Shown here: piece by piece, positions 50,296 through 59,422 of the stretch
Numbering within the stretch: the stretch's first letter is position 1
Layout of the letters: every line of letters starts with the position of its first letter
NCBI GenBank assembly: GCA_035402805.1
Contig: DAONDY010000001.1
Location: 177,548-241,547, forward strand
DNA length: 64,000 bases
DNA from: Candidatus Woesebacteria bacterium
GTDB taxonomy: Bacteria > Patescibacteriota > Microgenomatia > UBA12405
Direction of reading: 5' to 3'
Notes under the pieces: generated by a model
The model's database searches: none
What the model was told of the DNA's origin: nothing
The model's input: only the letters and a program-made list of their open reading frames with translations
Translations under genes and position numbers: made by a program

Positions 50296-51417
50296 ATGAA
50301 AAATTTTTCCAAAAAGGGAATTTTAATTCTCACCCCATTTTTTTACCCAAACATTGGTGGAGTTGAAACACACCTGACAGACTTAGTTAACGGACTTAAT
50401 GATTTAAAATACCAAGTTTATGTTCACACTTATTCTCCTCTAACTACCGCCGGAGCAACTTGGAAGCCAAAAGAAACAATCCAACATATCCATATATATA
50501 GATATCATTGGTTTGGTAAAAATCTTTTCCATAAAGTCGAAAAATATCCCTTTTTAGATTTTCTCTATTTAACACCGTACCTATTTTTACGTACTTTTTT
50601 TTGGATGTTAGCTAATCATAAAAAAATTACCACTATAAATTCTCACGGATTTAACGGTGCCGTTGCTGGAAATATGTTAGCTTTTATATTCAACAAAAAA
50701 CATATTACCAGCACTCATGCTCTTTATGATAATAGTCCAAACTCCTTAACTGCCAAATTAACCAGCTTCGTCTTAAATAAAACCGATATGGTTCTAGCTC
50801 AATCTCTTCATTCCAAAAATCAACTTATAAAATGGGGTGTATCTAGTCAAAAAATCTCTTTATATCGCTATTGGATTGACCCAAAAAATTTTAACAACCA
50901 AAAATCAAATATTTCCCAGCATAAATTCAAAGTTCTCTTTGTTTCTCGTCTTATTATTAAAAAGGGGACTAGAATAATTGTAAAAATAGCCAAAAAATTA
51001 CCAAATGTAGAATTTACAATTATCGGATCAGGCCCAGAATCAAAATATATTTCTCAACAAAAATTATCTAATATTAATTTTATTGGAAAGGTAGATAATA
51101 ATAAATTATTAGATTATTACTCGACTGCTAACGTTTTTATTCAACCAGCTCTTTATCAAGAAGGCTTCACTAGAACCATCATGGAGGCCGTTGCTTCTGG
51201 AGTTCCAGTTATTGCTTCCAATATCGGTACTATTCCAGAAATAGTTGACAACTCTGTTTCTATTTTAGTAAAACCAACTGTTGCCAATTTTAAATCGGCC
51301 ATTCTCAAATTATCAAAAGATAAAAAAATACTTAATCAGATGAAAAAAAATTGCGCTCTCTACACAAAAAAATATTTCAGTCCAGCCAATATTAAATTAA
51401 TTACTCAACACTATTAA
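50296..51417 (+). CDS. GT4 (GT-B fold) glycosyltransferase
   Basis: C-terminal EGFTRTIMEAVASGVPVIASNIG motif. Confidence 0.7.
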   Translation: MKNFSKKGILILTPFFYPNIGGVETHLTDLVNGLNDLKYQVYVHTYSPLTTAGATWKPKETIQHIHIYRYHWFGKNLFHKVEKYPFLDFLYLTPYLFLRTFFWMLANHKKITTINSHGFNGAVAGNMLAFIFNKKHITSTHALYDNSPNSLTAKLTSFVLNKTDMVLAQSLHSKNQLIKWGVSSQKISLYRYWIDPKNFNNQKSNISQHKFKVLFVSRLIIKKGTRIIVKIAKKLPNVEFTIIGSGPESKYISQQKLSNINFIGKVDNNKLLDYYSTANVFIQPALYQEGFTRTIMEAVASGVPVIASNIGTIPEIVDNSVSILVKPTVANFKSAILKLSKDKKILNQMKKNCALYTKKYFSPANIKLITQHY

Positions 51418-52814
51418 TGAAAACCGTTTTATTACTAAACCCACCACTGTATTTTGATAATGGCCAACCAAAATCTCTTGATGTTTCTTTCCCTCCGTTA
51501 GGATTACTTTATCTCGCCTCTTATATTAATAAAAACTCTTCCATATTTAAAGCTAAAATAATCGATATCGGCCAAGAAAAAAAACCACTAGATGATTTAA
51601 TAAAAGCCATCAAAAAGACTAAACCTTATGTTATTGGTATCACTTCAATGACGCCTCAACTTCAAGGCGCCACAGAATTAGCTAAACAGCTTAAAAAACA
51701 CCTGAAAGAAATCCCCATCTTTCTTGGAGGCCCTCACGTTAGTGCCGATCCCGATTTTATTAATCGTCATAGTTCTCTTTTTGACTATGCCATTACCGGC
51801 GAAGGAGAAATAACCTTTTTAGAATCACTTAATAAAATCTATAAAAACAATAAATTACCCCTAACCCAAAAAAGTACCCCACCATTAAAATTAGATGATC
51901 TTCCTTATCCAGATAAAACCCTAATTAAAAGGAAAAATTATAAAAAAACCGAGTCAATGATGTTTTCTCGTGGTTGTCCATTTCACTGCTACTATTGCAG
52001 TCGACCCTCTATCAGCCATCTAGTCCGATATCGTTCCTCCGAAAATCTTATTGCCGAAATTAAAAGCTGTTATCCATATTGTCATGGTGATATTAGTTTT
52101 CAAGACGACACTTTTACCATGAATTCCAAAAACGTTATCGATTTTTGTAAAAAAATAATTAAGCAAAAATTAAAAATATCTTGGGATTGCAACACTCGAA
52201 TTGATTTGGTTGATAAAAAAATTCTTACCTTGATGAAAAAAGCTGGTTGTCGTCAGATAAATTTTGGTATCGAATCTGGTAATGAAAGAGTTAGAAAAGA
52301 AATTATTCATAAAGGTAATTTCACTAATAAAGATATTAAAAAGGTATTTGATTATTGTAAAAATCTAAAAATTAAAATTGCTTGTTACTTTATGATCGGT
52401 CATCCCACCGAAACCAAAAAAGAGTTAAATGACACTAAAAAAATGATTTTAAATTCTAAAATAGATATTTTAGGCCTTTCTATTCCCACTCCTTTTCCCG
52501 GATCAGCTTTATATGATATTTCTCTTAAAGAGGGGATAATTTCACCAAAAATCATCGACAATTTTTCTCAAAAAAAACTTGGTGTTGGCTATTCTGGTAT
52601 CTATCCAGTCTATATTCCGAAACAACTTGGTCGTGAATATTTATACGGCTTTCTAAAACAAGTTAATCGTAAATTTTACTTAAATGCTAAAACCATTTTT
52701 AATCGTCTTTTAAAAGACTTAATTTCCCCAAAGCAATTAAAAAACGATTTCAAAGATTTTATTAGTCTAATTATTAATGGAGTTTCCAGTCGAAAACCTT
52801 ATATTAAAAAATAA
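51417..52814 (+). CDS. B12-binding-domain radical SAM enzyme
   Basis: N-terminal B12-binding fold (GITSMTPQ...FLGGPHVS). The radical SAM cluster motif is FSRGCPFHCYYCSRP (Cx3Cx2C). Confidence 0.7.
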   Translation: MKTVLLLNPPLYFDNGQPKSLDVSFPPLGLLYLASYINKNSSIFKAKIIDIGQEKKPLDDLIKAIKKTKPYVIGITSMTPQLQGATELAKQLKKHLKEIPIFLGGPHVSADPDFINRHSSLFDYAITGEGEITFLESLNKIYKNNKLPLTQKSTPPLKLDDLPYPDKTLIKRKNYKKTESMMFSRGCPFHCYYCSRPSISHLVRYRSSENLIAEIKSCYPYCHGDISFQDDTFTMNSKNVIDFCKKIIKQKLKISWDCNTRIDLVDKKILTLMKKAGCRQINFGIESGNERVRKEIIHKGNFTNKDIKKVFDYCKNLKIKIACYFMIGHPTETKKELNDTKKMILNSKIDILGLSIPTPFPGSALYDISLKEGIISPKIIDNFSQKKLGVGYSGIYPVYIPKQLGREYLYGFLKQVNRKFYLNAKTIFNRLLKDLISPKQLKNDFKDFISLIINGVSSRKPYIKK

Positions 52815-52820
52815 TAAATT

Positions 52821-53933
52821 ATGGCCAATCTAAATATTAAAAAAAAGATAAAATTAGCCTTAAAATATCCTTTAACTGCTAAACACACCGTCTTCGATAA
52901 GTTTTTATATGAAAACAAAGCCACCCCGTTTCCTCGCTTAATAAATTGTTTCATTACCGAACGTTGTAATTTTAATTGTCCCATGTGCCACGTAGCCACT
53001 TCTCGTTTTAAAAACATGAACGAACTTTCTTTAGAATATCTAAAAAAGTTTTTTGACAATATCGCTAAATTTTCCCCATCGATTTCTTTAGCCGGCGGCG
53101 AACCTTTAATGCATTCTGAAATTATTGACATAATAAAATATTTAGATCAGAAGAAAATGGTTAAAGGTCTGGTAACCAATGGTTTGTTATTAGAAAAAAT
53201 GGCCCCTGATTTAATTAATTCCGGTCTCGATTTTTTAGCAATTTCTCTTGACGGCCCGGACGAATCAACTCAATACCAGAGAGGTTTGGTTAAAAATTCT
53301 TTCCCTCAGATAATTAAAGGTATAAAAAAAATAATCGAATTAAGAGGGGATAAGACCTTTCCTAATATTCGTGTTGCCACTGTTATTTCTAAAGCTAATA
53401 TTGCTAATTTTGACCAAATTTATCAAGTCATTAAAGATTTAGGCGTCGACGAATGGTCCATAAGCCATCACTTTTATTTTTATGACAAAATCAAAAAACA
53501 ACAATCAAAATTTAGTCAAAAAACTAAATTTGGCAACGATGTTTGGGGTGAATATAATGGCACTAAAAAAGTTTTTTTTAACGCCAAAGAACGTCTGATT
53601 ATTTCTCAAAAATTAAAAGAAATCCAATCCTTAATAGATAGTCATAAATCTAAAATTAAAATAACTATGCCCAATAGTATGGATGTTAAAAATTTTTACA
53701 CTGGCACCTTTCCCAAAAAAGAATCTACCTGTACTTCTCCTTTCAATCAAGTATTTCTTCGAGGCAATGGTGACATTGAAATGTGTCATGGTTATATTCT
53801 AGGTAATATTAAAGATTCTTCTTTATTAGACATTTGGAAAAATAAAAGAACTACAAAATTTCAAAAATACATTCAAAAAAATAAAATTATACCTGCTTGT
53901 TTTAGATGTTGTTCTTTAAATCCAATTTTCTAA
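52821..53933 (+). CDS. Radical SAM enzyme with a C-terminal SPASM/twitch-like auxiliary Cys-rich domain
   Basis: ITERCNFNCPMCHV (Cx3Cx2C) and the GGEPL SAM-binding motif. The C-terminal Cys cluster is CTSPFNQVFLRGNGDIEMCHGY...IIPACFRCC. Confidence 0.65.
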   Translation: MANLNIKKKIKLALKYPLTAKHTVFDKFLYENKATPFPRLINCFITERCNFNCPMCHVATSRFKNMNELSLEYLKKFFDNIAKFSPSISLAGGEPLMHSEIIDIIKYLDQKKMVKGLVTNGLLLEKMAPDLINSGLDFLAISLDGPDESTQYQRGLVKNSFPQIIKGIKKIIELRGDKTFPNIRVATVISKANIANFDQIYQVIKDLGVDEWSISHHFYFYDKIKKQQSKFSQKTKFGNDVWGEYNGTKKVFFNAKERLIISQKLKEIQSLIDSHKSKIKITMPNSMDVKNFYTGTFPKKESTCTSPFNQVFLRGNGDIEMCHGYILGNIKDSSLLDIWKNKRTTKFQKYIQKNKIIPACFRCCSLNPIF

Positions 53934-53935
53934 CT

Positions 53936-54961
53936 ATGAATTTTTCGATAGTCATTGTCAATTACAACGGTAAAAAATATTTATCAAACTGTCTTAAATC
54001 AATTTTTTTAAACAATTATCATGATTTTGAAATTATTATTGTTGATAATAATTCCACCGATGGTTCAGTAAATTTTATTAAAAATAAATTTTCAAAATCT
54101 CTAAATAAAATTAAAATAGTAACTTTAAAGAAAAACTTTGGGCCGGCTTTCGCCAGAAATGAAGGAGTTAAAAAAGCCACCGGTAAAATAATCTGTTTTT
54201 TAGACAATGACACTGAAGTTGATGCTAATTGGTTAAAATCAGCTCTATTAGAGTTTAAAAAAGACCCAAAAATAGGCTGTATTCAATCAAAACTACTCCT
54301 ATTAGATGAAAAGGACAAATTTGATTACGCTGGCGATTATCTAAATCAATTTGGTTTATTAAGCCATCGGGCCACTTATAAAGACATTGATGTTGGTCAA
54401 TATAATAAAAAAGCTATTATATTTTCAGCTAAATCAGCTGGTATGTTTATTCGCAAAGATGTTTTTAATCTAATAAATGGTTTTGATGCCGATTATTTCA
54501 TTTATGTCGAAGAAACTGATCTTTGTTGGCGATCTTGGTTAAAAGGTTATAAAACAATTTATTGTCCAACCTCTATTGTTTATCATGGTTTTGGCGGCAG
54601 TTTTAAATTACTTAAATCAAGTTTCAGTACCAAAAATCTTCGCTTTCATGGAACCAAAAATTATATTTTAACCATGTTAAAAAACTTATCGACCTCTAAA
54701 CTAATTAAAATAGTACCGGTTCAAATAATAATCTTTATCTTTTTTTCTCTCTATTTATTCTTCATAAAATTTAAAATAAAAGAATCTTTTTACGTCATTT
54801 CAGGTATAATTTGGAATCTAAAAAATATTAAAAAAACTTTATCAAAAAGACGAGTAATTCAAAAAAACAGAAAAATAACTGAAGAAAAACTTTTCTCTTA
54901 TATTTTTAAAAAAGAAAATCTTTTTAATAAAATTAATAAGTCAATCTTACTTAAAGTCTAA
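53936..54961 (+). CDS. GT2 glycosyltransferase
   Basis: FSIVIVNYNGKKYL...IIIVDNNSTDGS...CFLDNDT...YVEETDLCWR. The ATG at 53936 lies 3 nt after the upstream stop. The track start at 53906 overlaps the upstream gene. Confidence 0.75.
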   Translation: MNFSIVIVNYNGKKYLSNCLKSIFLNNYHDFEIIIVDNNSTDGSVNFIKNKFSKSLNKIKIVTLKKNFGPAFARNEGVKKATGKIICFLDNDTEVDANWLKSALLEFKKDPKIGCIQSKLLLLDEKDKFDYAGDYLNQFGLLSHRATYKDIDVGQYNKKAIIFSAKSAGMFIRKDVFNLINGFDADYFIYVEETDLCWRSWLKGYKTIYCPTSIVYHGFGGSFKLLKSSFSTKNLRFHGTKNYILTMLKNLSTSKLIKIVPVQIIIFIFFSLYLFFIKFKIKESFYVISGIIWNLKNIKKTLSKRRVIQKNRKITEEKLFSYIFKKENLFNKINKSILLKV

Positions 54962-56421
54962 TGGCCACTAAAAAAATATTATTCGTTGTCCCCGAAATCA
55001 AATCCATGTTTGGTACTGAAAAGGGTATTCCCATTCATCCACATGTTGGCATTGCCTATCTTGTTTCAGTTTTAAAAAGAAATAATTTTCAATACCAAAT
55101 TATTGATTGTGGCGTTGAAAAAGACTGGCCGATAAAACTTAAAACTGCTATTAAAAATTTTTCTCCCGACATTGTCGGTGTCACTGGTTTTAGCTACGCC
55201 TATAAATATCTTTATCAAACCATTAAAAAAATCAAATCTATTACCAATATTCCTATTATTCTCGGTGGCCCACATGTTTCCGCTAATAAAAACAAAATTT
55301 TAAAGGAAACTAAGGTTAATTTTGCCATGTATGGCGAATCAGAAATTTCTATTATTGACTTTCTAAAGGCTTTTTCTAAAAAAAATCCAGACTTTTCCAA
55401 AGTTCCTAATCTCATTTGGAAAAACAAAAATAAAGTAATTATTAACTCACCAGCACCTCTAATTCGTGATTTAGATCAATTAGCCTTCCCAGATTATGAA
55501 AGTTTTAATTTATCCGCCTATCCCTGTTTCCGAGAAAAAATCATTCCTATTATCACTTCTCGAGGCTGTCCTTATGGCTGTAATTATTGTTCCGTTAGAC
55601 TTTCTATGGGTCAAAGTTTCCGGCCCAGAAGTCCCCAAAACGTTATCGATGAAATCACTTATTGGTATAAAAAAGGTTTTACTAATTTTGACTTTAATGA
55701 TGACTGCTTTACCTTAGATGTTAATCGTGCCGAAGCTATTTGTGACTTAATCATTAAAAATAAACTCCATATTAAATTTCAACTTTATAACGGTATTAGA
55801 GTTAATAACATAACCCTTAAACTTCTTAAGAAATTAAAAAAGGCTGGTTGTTTTTTCATTGCCTATGGTTGCGAATCTGGAAGCCAAAAAATTCTTGATA
55901 GAATCAAAAAAAATATTACTCTAGATCAAGTCACTCAGGCAGTAAAATTTACTAATCAAGCTAAAATCAAACACGCTGTTAATTTCATTGTCGGTCATCA
56001 AGACGAAACATATCAAGACGCTTTAGAAACTTTTAAGTTTGCCAAAAATCTAAATTGTAATTATGTAAACTTTTACAATCTTGTCCCTTATCCAGGAACC
56101 GAAGTTTATGATTGGGCCATTAAACATGCCCATTTCTTAATTCCCAAAAATCAATATTTAAAAAATGTTTCCTATCGCGACATTAATCCTATTTTTGAAA
56201 CCAAAGAATTCACTAAAGATCAGCGAATTAAGATTATGAAAAAGGGCTTTAACTTATATGAAAGAAAACTTTATCGATTCCGCTTTGGTAAAATATTAGG
56301 AACTATTTTTTATTTGTTAACTCGTATACCTTTTTTTGGTCATTTATCTAGAAAATTAGTTTACGATAATAAATTTTTTAACAAACTTTTTAGTATTTTA
56401 ATTTCCTCATCTAAAAAATAA
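54961..56421 (+). CDS. B12-binding-domain radical SAM enzyme
   Basis: B12 fold (VGVTGFS...ILGGPHVS) and TSRGCPYGCNYCSV. Confidence 0.7.
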   Translation: MATKKILFVVPEIKSMFGTEKGIPIHPHVGIAYLVSVLKRNNFQYQIIDCGVEKDWPIKLKTAIKNFSPDIVGVTGFSYAYKYLYQTIKKIKSITNIPIILGGPHVSANKNKILKETKVNFAMYGESEISIIDFLKAFSKKNPDFSKVPNLIWKNKNKVIINSPAPLIRDLDQLAFPDYESFNLSAYPCFREKIIPIITSRGCPYGCNYCSVRLSMGQSFRPRSPQNVIDEITYWYKKGFTNFDFNDDCFTLDVNRAEAICDLIIKNKLHIKFQLYNGIRVNNITLKLLKKLKKAGCFFIAYGCESGSQKILDRIKKNITLDQVTQAVKFTNQAKIKHAVNFIVGHQDETYQDALETFKFAKNLNCNYVNFYNLVPYPGTEVYDWAIKHAHFLIPKNQYLKNVSYRDINPIFETKEFTKDQRIKIMKKGFNLYERKLYRFRFGKILGTIFYLLTRIPFFGHLSRKLVYDNKFFNKLFSILISSSKK

Positions 56422-56426
56422 CCAAT

Positions 56427-57989
56427 ATGAAAATTCTCCTTATTTATCCGCCAATGACCATTAGGAGCAATGATACTACCACTCCTGGTGCTTCTATACC
56501 CTTAGGATTGGCAAATATTGGAGCTATATTGGAAACCAATGGCTATAACGTCTCCATTATTGATGCCCTTGCTGAAGGTATAAATATTGTCAAAAAAACC
56601 AAAAACTCCACCAGAGTTGGTTTATCTGAAAAGACTATTATCGAAAAATTGAATTATTATCAGCCAGACATTGTTGGTGTCAGCACTATGTTCACTGCTT
56701 ATTCTGGTGATGCCCACGATATCGCCAAAATTGTTAAAAAAGTTAACCCAAAAACTTTAGTTGTTTTTGGTGGTGCTCACGCTTCCATTCTTTATAAAAA
56801 TGTTCTCAGTGATAAAAATGTCGACGTTGTTGTTGTCGGTGAAGGGGAAGATACTATTATCGAAGTAGTTAAAAAATTCGAAGCCAAAAAAAATCTTAAA
56901 AATATTTTTGGTACTGCCGTTAGAAACGACAAAGGTGAAATTATTTTAAATCCCCGTCGTCAATTAATTACCAAGCTAGACTCACTTCCACTTCCTGCTA
57001 GACATCTTCTTCCTATGGATATTTATCTCAGTGACGAAAAAGAAAATAAAGGTTCCTATGCCATGCGTCTTCCTTCCACTAATGTTGTTACCAGTCGTGG
57101 TTGTCCAGGTAATTGTATTTATTGTGCCGTTCCTACCATCTGGGGTAGAAGTTGGCGACCTTTTAGTGCCGACCGCATTGTTAATGAAATAGAATTTTTA
57201 GTTAAAAGATACGGCATTAAAGAAATTCATTTTCTTGATGATAATATTTCCGTCAGCCGCGATCGATTAGAAAAAATCTGTGATGGTATTATTCAAAAAA
57301 AATTAGATATCAAGTGGACTTGTCCAAATGGTATTGCCATTTGGACTCTCGACAAACCGCTTCTCAAAAAAATGAAAAAAAGCGGTTGTTACCGACTTAC
57401 TTTTGGAATTGAATCTGGCCATCCAGCTACTCAAAAATTCATTAGAAAAAATTTAAATTTAAAAAAGGCCAAAAAAATAATTAAATTAGCAAATGATTTA
57501 GGTATTTGGACGTTTTCCACCTATATTATTGGTTTTCCTTATGAAACCCAAAAAGCCATCGAAACCACTTTTAACTACGCTATTAAATCTCTTTCCGATT
57601 TTGTTGTTTTTATTCTCCTTATGCCTTTTCCTGAAACTGACGTTACTAAAATTTTAGAAAAAGAAGGTTTATTAAAAAAAGCTGATATTAGTAGTGCTAG
57701 AATCGGCAAAACATTTTCTGGTTATGCTGGGTTAGGAAACAAATATCTCACCGTAGATAATATCCGCAACCTTCGTAATAAAGCTCAAAAAAGACTAATG
57801 GTTTCTCGTTTTTTTAGGCCTCTAATTAAGCCAGCTTCTCTCCTTAAAAAAGTTAGTAATTGGGAGGAATTTACCTATCTCATTAAAATTATCAAAAATT
57901 ATCTAACCATGTTCTTTTCAACTATTAAATTTGGAGAGCTTAAAACCCACCGTCTTAAAGCCGCTTATAAATATAAGATCATTAAATGA
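56427..57989 (+). CDS. B12-binding-domain radical SAM enzyme
   Basis: VGVSTMF...VFGGAHAS and TSRGCPGNCIYCAV. Confidence 0.7.
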   Translation: MKILLIYPPMTIRSNDTTTPGASIPLGLANIGAILETNGYNVSIIDALAEGINIVKKTKNSTRVGLSEKTIIEKLNYYQPDIVGVSTMFTAYSGDAHDIAKIVKKVNPKTLVVFGGAHASILYKNVLSDKNVDVVVVGEGEDTIIEVVKKFEAKKNLKNIFGTAVRNDKGEIILNPRRQLITKLDSLPLPARHLLPMDIYLSDEKENKGSYAMRLPSTNVVTSRGCPGNCIYCAVPTIWGRSWRPFSADRIVNEIEFLVKRYGIKEIHFLDDNISVSRDRLEKICDGIIQKKLDIKWTCPNGIAIWTLDKPLLKKMKKSGCYRLTFGIESGHPATQKFIRKNLNLKKAKKIIKLANDLGIWTFSTYIIGFPYETQKAIETTFNYAIKSLSDFVVFILLMPFPETDVTKILEKEGLLKKADISSARIGKTFSGYAGLGNKYLTVDNIRNLRNKAQKRLMVSRFFRPLIKPASLLKKVSNWEEFTYLIKIIKNYLTMFFSTIKFGELKTHRLKAAYKYKIIK

Positions 57990-59422
57990 AGATTCTTTTA
58001 ATTGCTCCAGCCGATAATAAAATTGCCAAACCATATTCAACTTCTAAAATAAAACCAACTCCAGCCTTTTCTTGTTATGCCTTTCCTATGGGTATTAGTT
58101 ATTTGGCCGCTTATGCTAAAAAAGAAGGGCACGATGTTTCTATTCTTGATTGTCTTTCTCGAAATTTAAGCCTTAAACAAATTAAAAAAGAAATATTAAA
58201 AATAAAACCAGATGTAATCGGTATTACTAGCATGACCTATTACATAAAGTCCGCTGTTAAAATTGCCGATATTTGTCGAAAAACATTTCCTAAAATACCG
58301 ATTGTATGCGGTGGCCCTCATGTCAGTTTTGATTATGAAAACATATTAACCAATTATAATTTTGACTATGTTGTTATTGGAGAAGGGGAATTAACTTTTT
58401 GTGAACTCCTTAAATATCTTGAAAATAAGGAAAAAATAAAATTAGAGAATATTAATGGAATTGCCTTTAAAAAAGGTAAAAAAATAATAAAAACTGCACC
58501 TCGCCATCTAATAGTAAATCTTGATGATGTTCCTTTTCCTGCCAGAGAATTATTTCCTTTTAATAATTATATCTACGATCAATTACTTCCAAATGCAGTT
58601 GAAATTATTGGATCACGTGGTTGTTCCCATCGCTGTGCCTTTTGCAGCTCTTCCCATTTTTGGCAGTCATGGCGAGCCAGATCACCCCAAAATATAATTA
58701 AAGAAATGAAATTTATATTAAAAAATTACCCAAAGACTCAATCATTTTTATTTTATGATGATAATTTTACTTTAAATCAAAAACGGGTTAATACTCTCTG
58801 TCAACTCTTAATCAAAAATGGTCTCAATAAATACCCCTGGAATTGTAATGCCCGAGCCGATCAAGTAAATCTAAAAATGTTAAAACTAATGAAAAAGGCT
58901 GGATTAGTCAAAATTAATTATGGTGTTGAAAGTGGTTCTCCAAAAGTTGCTAAAAATATTGACAAAAATTTAGATATTAAAACTCTTAAAAAAGCCATTA
59001 AGATGACCAGAAATCTAGGCATCGAAGTTTTAACTTTTTTCATAGTCGGTAACCCCGGTGAAACTAAAGAAACAATTAAAGAAAGTATAAAATTGGCTAA
59101 AGAATTAAAATCAACCACCACTCTTTGGAGTATTGCCCAAATATTACCTGGAACAAAATTAGCCATGCTACAGCCAATTCCTGATTTTGTTAAATATGTT
59201 TATAAACCAGAAATTAACCATCCTTATGCCCATTTGGGCAGCTATATTCCTGTTTTTGAAAACCCAAACTTAAACCGTGAACAGCTTAAATCAGAACATA
59301 CCAAAATAATTAGGTATTTCACTTTTTACTATCTCTTTCATCATCCAATAATTCAAATTAAACATTTTTTAAATTCACCTCTAAAAGCTATAAAATATTT
59401 AAATCAAACTTTTAATAAATAA
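57986..59422 (+). CDS. B12-binding-domain radical SAM enzyme
   Basis: IGITSMTY...VCGGPHVS and GSRGCSHRCAFCSS. Confidence 0.7.
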   Translation: MKILLIAPADNKIAKPYSTSKIKPTPAFSCYAFPMGISYLAAYAKKEGHDVSILDCLSRNLSLKQIKKEILKIKPDVIGITSMTYYIKSAVKIADICRKTFPKIPIVCGGPHVSFDYENILTNYNFDYVVIGEGELTFCELLKYLENKEKIKLENINGIAFKKGKKIIKTAPRHLIVNLDDVPFPARELFPFNNYIYDQLLPNAVEIIGSRGCSHRCAFCSSSHFWQSWRARSPQNIIKEMKFILKNYPKTQSFLFYDDNFTLNQKRVNTLCQLLIKNGLNKYPWNCNARADQVNLKMLKLMKKAGLVKINYGVESGSPKVAKNIDKNLDIKTLKKAIKMTRNLGIEVLTFFIVGNPGETKETIKESIKLAKELKSTTTLWSIAQILPGTKLAMLQPIPDFVKYVYKPEINHPYAHLGSYIPVFENPNLNREQLKSEHTKIIRYFTFYYLFHHPIIQIKHFLNSPLKAIKYLNQTFNK

